From NCBI GenBank assembly GCA_963780225.1, contig CAWAAX010000026.1:187997-251996 (forward strand): 64,000 bases of DNA, given 5' to 3'. Below are positions 38,734 through 48,104 of the stretch, piece by piece (positions within the stretch are counted from its first letter, which is position 1; each line of letters starts with the position of its first letter). The notes under the pieces were generated by a model, which did not search any database, was not told the DNA's origin, and was given only the letters and a program-made list of their open reading frames with translations. Source of the DNA: an uncultured bacterium (GTDB lineage: Bacteria; Edwardsbacteria; AC1; EtOH8). The position numbers were made by a program, and so were the translations under genes.

Positions 38734-39119
38734 ATAAATTCAAACTGGTTTTCGAAGATTACAAAAAAGCGGTGTCCCAGCTGCAGAAGGCCCTGGCCCG
38801 AAAAGCGGAGGATGAATTGCTGCAGGCCGGATGCCTGAAATATTATGAGTTTTGCTTTGAGCTGGCCTGGAAGTCAATCAAGGAAGCCGCCGCCGGGGAA
38901 GGGTTGCCAGATTGTCTTTCGCCCAAAGCCTGTTTGAAACAGGCTTTTGCCCTGGGATGGATCACGGACGAAAAGGCCTGGCTTTCCATGCTGGAGGCGA
39001 GGAACCTGATGTCCCACACATACCAGGCCGGACAAGCTTTACAAGTCTACCAAAAGCTGCCTTTGTATCTGGAGGAATTCATGATCCTGCAAAAAGCATT
39101 GGACAAAATAAGCGAATGA
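38730..39119 (+). CDS. HI0074-family/HEPN substrate-binding protein (toxin)
   Basis: YEFCFELAWK, ARNLMSHTY (Rx4H); 4-nt overlap with MNT. Confidence 0.88.
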   Translation: MNKFKLVFEDYKKAVSQLQKALARKAEDELLQAGCLKYYEFCFELAWKSIKEAAAGEGLPDCLSPKACLKQAFALGWITDEKAWLSMLEARNLMSHTYQAGQALQVYQKLPLYLEEFMILQKALDKISE

Positions 39120-39194
39120 CAGGGATCCGATCCTTGGGAATTGTGCGGACATAGTTAAACAGCAAACGTTAAACCTGAAATTACAGAGCGAGAA

Positions 39195-40481
39195 GTGAAA
39201 CAGAACATCTGCATCGTGGGGGCCCAGTGGGGCGATGAGGGCAAGGGCAAAATTGTCGATCTGCTGGCCGAGAAAGTGAACATAGTGGCCCGCTACCAGG
39301 GCGGGGCCAACGCCGGGCACACCGTCAAGGTCAACAAAAAGGAATTCGTGCTGCACCTGATCCCCTCAGGCATCGTCCATCCCGGCAAGCTGTGCCTGAT
39401 CGGGAGCGGGGTGGTGATAGACCCCAAGAGCCTGCTGGAGGAGATGGAGTACCTGAAAAAACTGGGGATCAGCGTCAAGGGCCGGCTGCTGATCAGCGGC
39501 GGGGCCCACCTGACCATGCCCTACCACAAGCTGCTGGACAGCGCCCGGGAATCCAGGGCCGAGGGGGCCATCGGCACCACCCACCGGGGCATAGGGCCCA
39601 CCTACGCCGACAAGGCCTACCGCAGCGGCCTGAAGATGGTGGATCTGTTGAACCCGGAACTTTTCGCCCAGACCTTAAAGCGCAACCTGGAAGAGAAGAA
39701 CTTCATCCTCAAAGAATTTTACGGCCACAAAAAGGCCGACTATGCCGGGACCCTGGCCCTGTACCGGTCTTACGCCAAGGTCTTAAGGCCATATATCACC
39801 GATGTCTCCGGCCTGTTGAACCGGGAGATGGCCAATGGCAAAAAGGTGCTGTTCGAAGGGGCCCAGGGCACCTTCCTGGACGTGGACTTCGGCACCTACC
39901 CCTTTGTCACCTCGTCCTCCACCATCGCCGGCGGGGCCTGCACCGGGCTGGGAATAGGGCCCAATGCGGTGGGCCGGGTGATCCTGGTGGCCAAGGCCTA
40001 CACCACCAGGGTGGGCAACGGGCCTTTCCCCACCGAGTTCGATGCCCAAATGTCCGACTTCCTGCGGGCCAAGGCCGGCGATGAGGTGGGCCGGACCACC
40101 GGCCGCCCCCGGCGCTGCGGCTGGCTGGACGCGGTGATGCTGAAGCGGGCGGTGCAGCTTAACGGGGCCGGCGAGCTGGCCCTGACCAAGCTGGACATCC
40201 TGGACGGTTTCAGGGAGGTCAAGATCGCCGTGGGCTACAGCCATAAAGGCAAAAAGATAGACGGCTATCCCCAAAGCACCGAAGAACTGGCCGGGTGCCG
40301 GCCCCAGTATCTGACCCTGCCCGGCTGGGACAAGCCCACCGCCGGCCTCCGCAGCTACAGCCAGCTGCCGGCCAACGCCAAAAGATATGTCGCTGCCATT
40401 GAAAAACTGTCCGGGGCCAGGGCCAGCATCATCTCAGTTGGCTCGGAGCGCCAGGCCACCATCCTCAGGTCAAAGTTTTAA
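39195..40481 (+). CDS. purA: Adenylosuccinate synthetase
   Basis: QWGDEGKGK, GGANAGHT, EGAQG..LD.DFGTYPFVTSS, TTGRPRRCGW. Confidence 0.97.
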   Translation: MKQNICIVGAQWGDEGKGKIVDLLAEKVNIVARYQGGANAGHTVKVNKKEFVLHLIPSGIVHPGKLCLIGSGVVIDPKSLLEEMEYLKKLGISVKGRLLISGGAHLTMPYHKLLDSARESRAEGAIGTTHRGIGPTYADKAYRSGLKMVDLLNPELFAQTLKRNLEEKNFILKEFYGHKKADYAGTLALYRSYAKVLRPYITDVSGLLNREMANGKKVLFEGAQGTFLDVDFGTYPFVTSSSTIAGGACTGLGIGPNAVGRVILVAKAYTTRVGNGPFPTEFDAQMSDFLRAKAGDEVGRTTGRPRRCGWLDAVMLKRAVQLNGAGELALTKLDILDGFREVKIAVGYSHKGKKIDGYPQSTEELAGCRPQYLTLPGWDKPTAGLRSYSQLPANAKRYVAAIEKLSGARASIISVGSERQATILRSKF

Positions 40482-40699
40482 AACCAGAGTTTCTTGCCGG
40501 GGATTTTTATCCGCAGACGTTGTAGTGAGTGTTAACCGAACTATTAACGCAGATCATAACCACTTTTTTCATTCCATTAACGTTAATAATCTGCGTGAAT
40601 CTGTAAAATCTGCGGATGGGCATCAGGTAATTCTTTTTTACTTGACCGGGGCGCTGTTTTTGTAGTAAAATTAGCAGTTTGCGATAAGTCGCACAAAAT

Positions 40700-40775
40700 G
40701 AGCCAGTAGCTCAGTCGGTAGAGCACCGCCCTTTTAAGGCGGGAGTCATGAGTTCGAATCTCATCTGGCTCACCA
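40700..40775 (+). tRNA. tRNA-Lys (TTT)
   Basis: GAGCCAG/CTGGCTC acceptor stem, CCGCC-CTTTTAA-GGCGG anticodon arm, TTCGAAT, encoded CCA. Confidence 0.95.
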
Positions 40776-40810
40776 GGAAACATCACCATAAAATTGGGAG
40801 GGCATCTATT

Positions 40811-41323
40811 ATGGCTCCGACCGATGTTTTGAAGAAGGTGTTTCTTTTCAAGTACCTGTCATCCACCGAGCTGGCCGCCTTGCACGACCGGCTGGTGAAA
40901 AGGGCGGTAGCCAAGGACGAAAAGATATTCAACGAAGGCAGCCCTGGCAACGAGATGTACCTGATCACCAAGGGTGAGGTGGAGATATCCATCTCCCGCA
41001 ACGAGTCCAAGCTGGTCCTGGCCGAACTGCAGGAAAGCTCGTTCTTCGGCGAGATGGCCCTGATCACCGACAAGCCCCGCACCGCCACCGCCGTGGCCAT
41101 GGTTGACTCCGAGGTCTATGTCCTGACCAAGGAGGAATTTCAGCGGCTGTTGGTGAAGGAGCCCCAGCTTTCGGCCCGGATCCTTTTGGCCATCACCGAG
41201 ATGCTGTGCGACCGCATCCAGTCCACCAACGAGAATCTGGAGACCTACTTCCTGATCAACCGGGCCATCGTGGACAACGAACAGTTCCGCCGGCTTTACA
41301 TCCAGAGCCACCTCAAGGTCTGA
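40811..41323 (+). CDS. Stand-alone cyclic-nucleotide-binding protein
   Basis: IFNEG.PG..MY.I..G.V, FFGEMALI...PRTATA; no HTH. Confidence 0.88.
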   Translation: MAPTDVLKKVFLFKYLSSTELAALHDRLVKRAVAKDEKIFNEGSPGNEMYLITKGEVEISISRNESKLVLAELQESSFFGEMALITDKPRTATAVAMVDSEVYVLTKEEFQRLLVKEPQLSARILLAITEMLCDRIQSTNENLETYFLINRAIVDNEQFRRLYIQSHLKV

Positions 41324-41392
41324 TGCAGACCTGGCACTGGCCAACCCCAGCGCCACAAATCCCAAAAATCTATTCCCTGTAATCTGAAGTGT

Positions 41393-41468
41393 GTTCCCAT
41401 CGACTAGCGGTTTAGGTCACCACCCTTTCACGGTGGCAGCACGGGTTCGAATCCCGTTGGGAACGCCA
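41393..41468 (+). tRNA. tRNA-Glu (TTC)
   Basis: GTTCCCA/TGGGAAC acceptor stem, CCACC-CTTTCAC-GGTGG anticodon arm, GGTTCGAATCC, encoded CCA. Confidence 0.95.
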
Positions 41469-41545
41469 TTCGTTTTTTCAGATTGACAGCCATTAACCTC
41501 GACCTCGCTCGGCGCATCGCTCAGGACATAATGCTTTTTTGTTTT

Positions 41546-41588
41546 TAGAGCCGCCATCATATCAATGATGGCGGCTCTATTTTATTTT
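41546..41588 (+). terminator. Rho-independent terminator
   Basis: TAGAGCCGCCATCAT-ATCA-ATGATGGCGGCTCTA followed by a T-rich tract. Confidence 0.8.
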
Positions 41589-41699
41589 TATGAACAATAG
41601 ATAATTTGCCGGGTTTGGAACATAACCATATAAAATACATAAGATTAGGGATTTTAGTTTTTAATTGCACCTGACGACCAAAAAAAAATAAAAAAACCC

Positions 41700-41731
41700 T
41701 TGACAAACAGGGAGTTAAGTTCTAATATAAT
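41700..41731 (+). promoter_or_regulatory. Sigma70-type promoter with A-rich UP element
   Basis: TTGACA-17 bp-TAATAT. Confidence 0.6.
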
Positions 41732-41792
41732 GGCATATTTGTTATAATATGGAGTAAATACCAATTATTAACAAAATAGGAGGAAAACTTAA

Positions 41793-43565
41793 ATGAAGCG
41801 AGTCTTCGTAATGTTTGCCGGGTTAGCTTTGCTGGCCGGGTTGGCCGGTGCAACTCCCTCCATGTACGGCAGCAACGGCCTGATCAGGACCATCTCCCCG
41901 ACCAATTGCGGCCCGATGAGCTGGAGTATTGGCGCCCGCGGTTTCATGTCCATGGGTGACATTGACACCAACATGTCATGGATGAACATCGACGCCATAC
42001 CCACGGTCAACTTCTCGTTCAGTGATATGCTGGAACTGTCGGTGGCCCCGACCTACACTTTCAACCAGTGGTCAATGACCACCCCTGACACCTCCGGATG
42101 GAACAACGGATCCCAGGATACCCGGTTCGGCCTGAAGGCCACCTTCATCCGCGGGGAAGGCTTCAACTTTGGCACCTACCTGGGCTATGACTTCCGCTGG
42201 AGCAAGAAGTTCAACACCGATTACTACAGCTGGGACGGTTCTGCCTTTGTAAAGGACTCCGCCTATTCTCCGATGGGAACCATCCACTTTGTGGCCATCC
42301 CCGGATTCGATATGGGCGCCGTCAAGCTGAACATCAACATTGGTTTGGACTATAACCTGGACAAGTACGAAGTCGGAACCCCGGTAGTGGATGATGTTTA
42401 TCCCAAAATGGCCATTCCGTTCGGCTTGGGCTTCTCTTATGATGCCGGAACCATTATGCCTTTCATGGAAGTGTCCGGCAGCTACGTAGTGGACAGCGTA
42501 CCATACGGTGCGGACAGTACCTCGCGCGGACTCATGGACAACCCGCTGTGGGTTACCGGCGGGCTCCGGTTCGCCTTCGGCGATGTCAAGATGGACGTGG
42601 GCGGAGAGTATAATCTGCAGAATGACAGCAACGTTGTCGGCGAGCGGATGCAGGACTGGCAGGCATTCATGGGCTTGAGCTATGGCATTTGCAAACTTGG
42701 ACCCAAGGTTCCGCCCACCGCCAACCTGGCTGGCAAGGTCACCGATGCCAAGGGCAAGGGTCTGGCCGCCACAGTCACCGCCGGCGGTTTGACAGCCAAT
42801 ACCGACCCGGCCACCGGCAGCTACACCATAGCCGGTCTGCCGGTCACCAAGATCCCGACCGAGATCAAGGCCGTTGCCAAGCTGTATAACAGTAAGAGCG
42901 GTTCGGTGATTTTGACCAAGAAGAACAAGAAGACCCCGGCCATTCAGAATTTTGCCCTGGATCTGACCCCAATTCCGCCCAGCGAGATTACCGGCAACTT
43001 GATCGATTATAAAACCGGCCTCCCGGTGACTGCCGTCCTGACCTTTAAGGATGCCAAGGGCAAGGTTATGACCGCCAATACCGACGCCAAGGGCGCCTAC
43101 ACCATCAAGCTGGAACAGGGCAAGTATGACGCCCAGGTCGTGGCCGAAGGCTACAACATCAACAATTTCGTGGTGAACGCCGCCGACGGCAAACCGGTAA
43201 CCAAGAACGTAGGCCTGGTCAAGAAGAAAGAGGTCTTCAGCTTCAACAATATAAACTTTGCGGTCGGCAAGGCCACCATCACTCCGGAGATCGAGCAAGC
43301 ACTGCAGCCCCTGCTGAAGGTATTGTTGGACAATCCGGACATGAAGGTCGAGATCGCCGGACATACCGACGCCATGGGTTCCAAGGCCAAGAACCTGAAA
43401 CTGTCCCAAGCCCGGGCCGACGAAGTGGTGGCCTGGCTGATCACCAACAATGTCAAGGCCGCCATGACCGCCAAGGGTTACGGCTCCAGCATGCCGATCG
43501 CCACCAACAAAACCAAGGCCGGACGTGCTCAGAACCGCAGAATCGAGATCAAAGTCGTCGAATAA
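41793..43565 (+). CDS. Outer-membrane protein: putative beta-barrel, carboxypeptidase-regulatory-like domains, OmpA C-terminal domain
   Basis: Signal peptide, amphipathic strands, GKVTDA..G / TDAKG.Y repeats, AGHTD...N..LS..RA, NRRIEI. Confidence 0.85.
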   Translation: MKRVFVMFAGLALLAGLAGATPSMYGSNGLIRTISPTNCGPMSWSIGARGFMSMGDIDTNMSWMNIDAIPTVNFSFSDMLELSVAPTYTFNQWSMTTPDTSGWNNGSQDTRFGLKATFIRGEGFNFGTYLGYDFRWSKKFNTDYYSWDGSAFVKDSAYSPMGTIHFVAIPGFDMGAVKLNINIGLDYNLDKYEVGTPVVDDVYPKMAIPFGLGFSYDAGTIMPFMEVSGSYVVDSVPYGADSTSRGLMDNPLWVTGGLRFAFGDVKMDVGGEYNLQNDSNVVGERMQDWQAFMGLSYGICKLGPKVPPTANLAGKVTDAKGKGLAATVTAGGLTANTDPATGSYTIAGLPVTKIPTEIKAVAKLYNSKSGSVILTKKNKKTPAIQNFALDLTPIPPSEITGNLIDYKTGLPVTAVLTFKDAKGKVMTANTDAKGAYTIKLEQGKYDAQVVAEGYNINNFVVNAADGKPVTKNVGLVKKKEVFSFNNINFAVGKATITPEIEQALQPLLKVLLDNPDMKVEIAGHTDAMGSKAKNLKLSQARADEVVAWLITNNVKAAMTAKGYGSSMPIATNKTKAGRAQNRRIEIKVVE

Positions 43566-43584
43566 AAAACAACTTGGTTGTAGT

Positions 43585-43616
43585 AAAAATGCCCGGTCAA
43601 GAGACCGGGCATTTTT
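43585..43616 (+). terminator. Rho-independent terminator
   Basis: AAAAATGCCCGGTC-AAGA-GACCGGGCATTTTT. Confidence 0.85.
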
Positions 43617-43652
43617 ACGTTGCTAAATACCATAAGAAAATAAAAAAAAGCC

Positions 43653-43682
43653 TTGACAAAATAGGGCATAAGTTGGTAATAT
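43653..43682 (+). promoter_or_regulatory. Sigma70-type promoter resembling the one at 41700
   Basis: TTGACA-18 bp-TAATAT with upstream A-tract. Confidence 0.55.
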
Positions 43683-43902
43683 TATTAGATGTTTAACGAA
43701 ATCGTTATAGTCCTGTGATATAGCAATAATTTTAATACAAAATCAAATGCGAAAAACAGGAGGTGATAATCCCTAAATATTCGCAACGGGGTTTTATTTT
43801 TTAAAAGTTTATAACTAAAAAGGCGCCCCCATTGGAAACGGCGCCTTGGGTCAACCTAAAAAGAACACAAACAAACTAACTTAAACAGGAGGAAAAACCC
43901 AA

Positions 43903-45627
43903 ATGAAGCGAGTCTTCGCAGTCTTAGCAGTCTTAGCCCTGATGTCCGGCATGGCCATGGCCCAGCCCTCGATGAACGGTTCCAAGGGCCTGATCTGGAC
44001 AGTCGCTCCCGGCAACGCCGGTCCGATGAACTACGGGATTGGTGTAAACGGGGCAATCATAATGCATGACTCAACCGATGTATTCCCCACCAAGCTAACC
44101 TATATTGGCGTTATGCCCGCTGGCTATTTCTCCATCAATGACATGTTTGAATTATCATTTGCCACCACTTATCAGATGCATAAGGTGGACACCACCAGCA
44201 CCAACGGCTTATTGGACACCCGGGTTGGCTTTAAGTATTCCATGAAAGCCAGCGACATGATAGGCTTGGGTCTCTATCTGGGTTACGACATTCCGACCAT
44301 CGGAGCTATCGGCGACACCACTTTAAAGCCGGTTGCCCCCTATAAACATACCGGAGCCGTGCACGGTTTGTTACTGGCCGGATTCAATTTCGGCGCTTCC
44401 GACCTGAACCTGAATGTTGGCTTGGATTATGATCTAGACAAAGATGATGATACCACCAGCGTATATCCGAACATGACCATTCCGATGGGAATCGCCTTCA
44501 GCTATAAGGCCGGCGAAATGTTCAAACCCTTCGTGGAGTTCACCACCAGCCTGGAGATGGACACCACCACAACATACGGTACCGGTGCCAAGGCCCGCAG
44601 CTTCATGAACTACAACGCTTTTGTGACTCCTGGCGTCCAGGTTTGCTTCCCCTTCGGGATGAGCCTGACCGCTGGATTCTCCTATAACCTGATAGACACC
44701 GCCGACGGAATCGCCAGCAAGGGCGGCGCCGGCAACCCCGATTGGATCGGTCACTTTGGTTTAGCCTACGCCCCGGTGAAGACCGCCGGCCCCAAGGTCG
44801 CCCCCACCGCCAGCATCTCGGGTAAGGTTACCGATGCCAAGGGCAAGGGCCTGGCCGCCACCATCACCGCCGGCGGACTGACCGCCAACACCGATCCCGC
44901 CACCGGCGCCTACACCCTGGCCGGCTTGCCGATCACCAAGGCCCCGATGGAGATCAAGGCCGATGCCAAGCTGTACATCGTCAAGAGCGCCTCGGTTATC
45001 CTGACCAAGAAGAACAAGAAGACCCCGGCCGTCCAGGACTTTGCTTTGGATCTGAAGCCCATCCCGATGGGCGCCGCCAAGGGCATGGTCAAGGATGCCA
45101 TGGGAGCCCCGGTTGAAGCCAGCATAGCCTTTGCCGGACCCAAGGCCGAGACCGCCAAGGTCGTAGCCGGAGCCTACAATGCCAACCTGCAGGTCGGCAA
45201 CTACACCGCCACCGTCACCGCGGCCGGCTACTTCGACAAGATGGCCGCCATCGCCATCACCGAGAAGGGCACCGCCATGAATGACTTCGCCATGCTTAAG
45301 AAGGGCGCAGTGGTTCCGGTGGAGGTTGTGTGGACCGCCGCCAACAAGGCCATGATCAAGACCGTCAACGTGGAAGCCCTGGTCAAGATGATCCAGGACA
45401 ATCCCATGGCCAAAGTTGTCATCACTGCCTATGTCGACAGGATCGGCGGCAAGAAGATGAACCAGAAGCTGGCCACTGACCGGGCCGATGCCATCCGGGC
45501 CGAGCTGGTAAAAGCCACCATCGACGCCGCCCGCATCACCACCGTTGGCCAGTTGGTCACCCCCGCCGGCAAGACCAATGCCGCCCGGGCCCTCAACACC
45601 AAGGTGGAAGTTTCCTTCGTAGAATAA
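43903..45627 (+). CDS. Paralogous outer-membrane protein with divergent OmpA-like C-terminal domain
   Basis: Same MKRVF start and near-identical central domain; AYVD...NQKLATDRA replaces the GHTD motif. Confidence 0.8.
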   Translation: MKRVFAVLAVLALMSGMAMAQPSMNGSKGLIWTVAPGNAGPMNYGIGVNGAIIMHDSTDVFPTKLTYIGVMPAGYFSINDMFELSFATTYQMHKVDTTSTNGLLDTRVGFKYSMKASDMIGLGLYLGYDIPTIGAIGDTTLKPVAPYKHTGAVHGLLLAGFNFGASDLNLNVGLDYDLDKDDDTTSVYPNMTIPMGIAFSYKAGEMFKPFVEFTTSLEMDTTTTYGTGAKARSFMNYNAFVTPGVQVCFPFGMSLTAGFSYNLIDTADGIASKGGAGNPDWIGHFGLAYAPVKTAGPKVAPTASISGKVTDAKGKGLAATITAGGLTANTDPATGAYTLAGLPITKAPMEIKADAKLYIVKSASVILTKKNKKTPAVQDFALDLKPIPMGAAKGMVKDAMGAPVEASIAFAGPKAETAKVVAGAYNANLQVGNYTATVTAAGYFDKMAAIAITEKGTAMNDFAMLKKGAVVPVEVVWTAANKAMIKTVNVEALVKMIQDNPMAKVVITAYVDRIGGKKMNQKLATDRADAIRAELVKATIDAARITTVGQLVTPAGKTNAARALNTKVEVSFVE

Positions 45628-45648
45628 GCAAGCTTAACACGGCATAAT

Positions 45649-45680
45649 AAAGAGCCCCGCTGTTTACAGCGGGGCTCTTT
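45649..45680. terminator. Terminator, probably bidirectional
   Basis: AAAGAGCCCCGCTGT-TT-ACAGCGGGGCTCTTT. Confidence 0.85.
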
Positions 45681-45801
45681 CTATTATACCAATAACGGTC
45701 ACCGCGAGCGCGGCTTCATGGGATTTCAAACGAAGCGGTCCAACAAGCAACCAGTCGGATTATTTCGCCAGTAAGGCAGGGGGACATCTCGTAATGACGT
45801 T

Positions 45802-46641
45802 TTAGTTCTTCCGGCGCTGCTTCTTAGCTTGCTGCCACAGGGTTTCCAGGTCTTCCAGACTGCTCTGTTTGAAGGTCTTGCCGGTCTTTTCCAGCTGCTG
45901 CTCGATGTACTTGAAGCGCCGGGTGAACTTCTCAGAGGTCAGCCGCAAAGCGTCCTCGGGATCGATCTTCAGGAAACGGGACAGGTTCACCATAGTGAAT
46001 AGGATGTCGCCCAGCTCGTCCTGGATCTCCCTTTTGTTCCCTTTGCTGTAGGCCCGGGAGAATTCCCCCAGTTCCTCCTCCAGCTTGGCGAAGGCCCCGT
46101 CGATGTGCTCCCAGTCAAAACCCAGCCGGGCGGCCTTGTCCTGGATCCGGTGCGCTTTCAGCAGGGCCGGCAGGCGGCGGGGGATGCCGTCCAGGGCCGA
46201 GCGCCGGACGTTCTTCTTCTCCTGGTACTTGATCTCCTCCCAGTTCATCAGCACTTCTTTGGCGTCCCTGGCATGGCCCTGGGCGAAGACGTGGGGGTGG
46301 CGCCGCCGCATCTTCTCGGCGTGGCCCGAAACCACCTGATCGATGTCGAAGAGTTTCTTCTCGGCCGCCATCTGGGAATGGAAGATGATCTGGCCCAGCA
46401 GGTCGCCCAGCTCCTCCTTCATTTTGACCGGGTCGTTCTCGTCTATGGCCTCCAGCACCTCGTAGGCCTCCTCCAGCAGATAGGGCTTGAGGGTCTTGGG
46501 GGTCTGGACCCGGTCCCAGGGGCAGCCGCCGGGGGCGCGCAGCCGGGCGAAGATGTCCACCAGCTCGTAGAAAGGTCTGCCTTTAGACAGTTTACTGTTT
46601 AATCGTTTACAGTTTGTTTTGTTTTTTGGTTTGGTCGGCAT
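45802..46641 (-). CDS. mazG: Nucleoside triphosphate pyrophosphohydrolase
   Basis: LRAPGGCPWD, EEAYE, EELGDLL, RRHPHVF, GFDW. Confidence 0.95.
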   Translation of the reverse strand: MPTKPKNKTNCKRLNSKLSKGRPFYELVDIFARLRAPGGCPWDRVQTPKTLKPYLLEEAYEVLEAIDENDPVKMKEELGDLLGQIIFHSQMAAEKKLFDIDQVVSGHAEKMRRRHPHVFAQGHARDAKEVLMNWEEIKYQEKKNVRRSALDGIPRRLPALLKAHRIQDKAARLGFDWEHIDGAFAKLEEELGEFSRAYSKGNKREIQDELGDILFTMVNLSRFLKIDPEDALRLTSEKFTRRFKYIEQQLEKTGKTFKQSSLEDLETLWQQAKKQRRKN

Positions 46642-46915
46642 TGTTTGTCTCAAAATCTTTCAGAATACTGTTCATGTTGTCTTTGCCAATATGGTCGCAG
46701 TTATTAATGATCAAAGGTATTAGTTCTTTATAATTGTCAACATCAGAGGTGATTGTAAATGCGAAATAGTCGTTTTCTTTGTTGGTAGCAAAATAGGCTC
46801 CCTTTATTTTCTTCATATTTATAAAACCACGTTTCAAGGATATCCTAGTTATATCCTGCCATGTGATAGTTCTTTTATCGTGTGAAAAATAGAACACCAG
46901 TCCATTCGCATAGCG
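46607..46915 (-). pseudogene. 3' remnant of an AT-rich hypothetical gene
   Basis: Open frame (...TITWQDITRISLKRG...) with no start of its own, abutting the pepF remnant. Confidence 0.4.
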
Positions 46916-46917
46916 TG

Positions 46918-47930
46918 TAATCCCCGCCAAGTGGTATGAACGTCGCCAGTATCTTCTTTTCCATCTCAACGATGGTGTACTTTGGATCGATCCCGGCCAG
47001 CAACGGCGCCGAAAGGTCATACTCGTGCAATTGTGCCACTCCCAGGATTCGTTTCCGCAGTTTCAGGTAGCGGTGGAACGTGCCAAGGTTCCGGTTGACG
47101 TTGTCCACCAGGCTGGCATAGACGGCGGCCGGGATATTGTCGGCATAAGCGAACATTACAAAGCAGGAAAAATAACACCGCGCTTTGACGTAAAAAAGAT
47201 CTTTCTGGATTTGGGCGTTCATCAGAGCTCCGAATGTGCGGCGAAAGTATTGAACCGTCCCATGTACGCCAAGAATGCATTTCGCCGGTCATCGCGGTTT
47301 GGGGAAACCCGCAATCGCCGTGGCGTATTAACTCTAGCTTGGCGTGACGCCGCCGCTCAACGTGATCTCGGGGTATGGGAAATCAGCATTGAGGAACATG
47401 CCGTTGATGCTGGACGGCGCGTCCACCAGCGGTCCGGCTAAGGCCATGAATAAATCTTCCCCCTCGGTGCGAATGTACTTTCCACGGAAAAGCTCGCACA
47501 ACTAATGACGCTATATTGCTAGACCTATATGGTGCTGAGAAAGGATTGGATCGTGTCGGGATCGATTTTGAGAATTTCCGGTTCAATGAACGCGGTGCGC
47601 TCATCGAAAGCGGTCCCAGCCTGGTCCAGTTCCTGTTGCAACGCCAAATACTGTTGACAGCGCAGATGCTGATCCAAACTTAGGTTCACATAAGTGAACA
47701 TCAGCGCGAAATCTTTGTTCAAGATGTCGCGCAGGTCAAGGCAGCCGAACAACTGGTCGGCCGAAGTCCCAAGATGTCCGTTAAATCCTTCGAGGCGGGG
47801 AGTTCGTTAATGAATTTTTGCTTGGCGTTTTCCCATGTTGTGTCCGCGGGTAGAGATCGGTAAAATTCCACCGGTATCGGACGGGGACGTCAGCGCGTTG
47901 GCTGCATGGATCTCAATTGCTGTTGTCATA
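46918..47930 (-). pseudogene. pepF: Frameshifted, 3'-truncated oligoendopeptidase F (M3B)
   Basis: Fragments in different frames: RADVPVRYRWNFTDLYP, FIEPEILKID, HRYLKLRKRILGVAQLHEYDLSAPL; no HExxH half. Confidence 0.75.
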
Positions 47931-48104
47931 ACAAAACCCAAAAGTAGTAAGAGATATTTTACGAGGGGATGCATATTGACTCCGTAAGGTTGACCAGTAA
48001 GTGATATGAATTGTGCAGCGTATTGTAAATCTTAAAGCAATTGTCTTTTGTACAATGAATATACATAAGGGGTTGAAAGGAAACGAAAATTTGGGACGAT
48101 ACGA

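Larger units (their letters stand above)
38351..39180. repeat. 60-bp imperfect direct repeats flanking the MNT-HEPN pair
   Basis: 38351-38410 vs 39121-39180; 46/60 identical without gaps by manual count. Confidence 0.8.

Noticed and set aside
40700..41468. tRNA-integrated island or prophage
   Set aside because: No integrase and no duplicated tRNA 3' end seen in the window
43747..43850. Leader peptide or riboswitch before the second omp gene
   Set aside because: Only a 9-codon ORF and one hairpin (AAGGCGCC..GGCGCCTT); not enough to support a call
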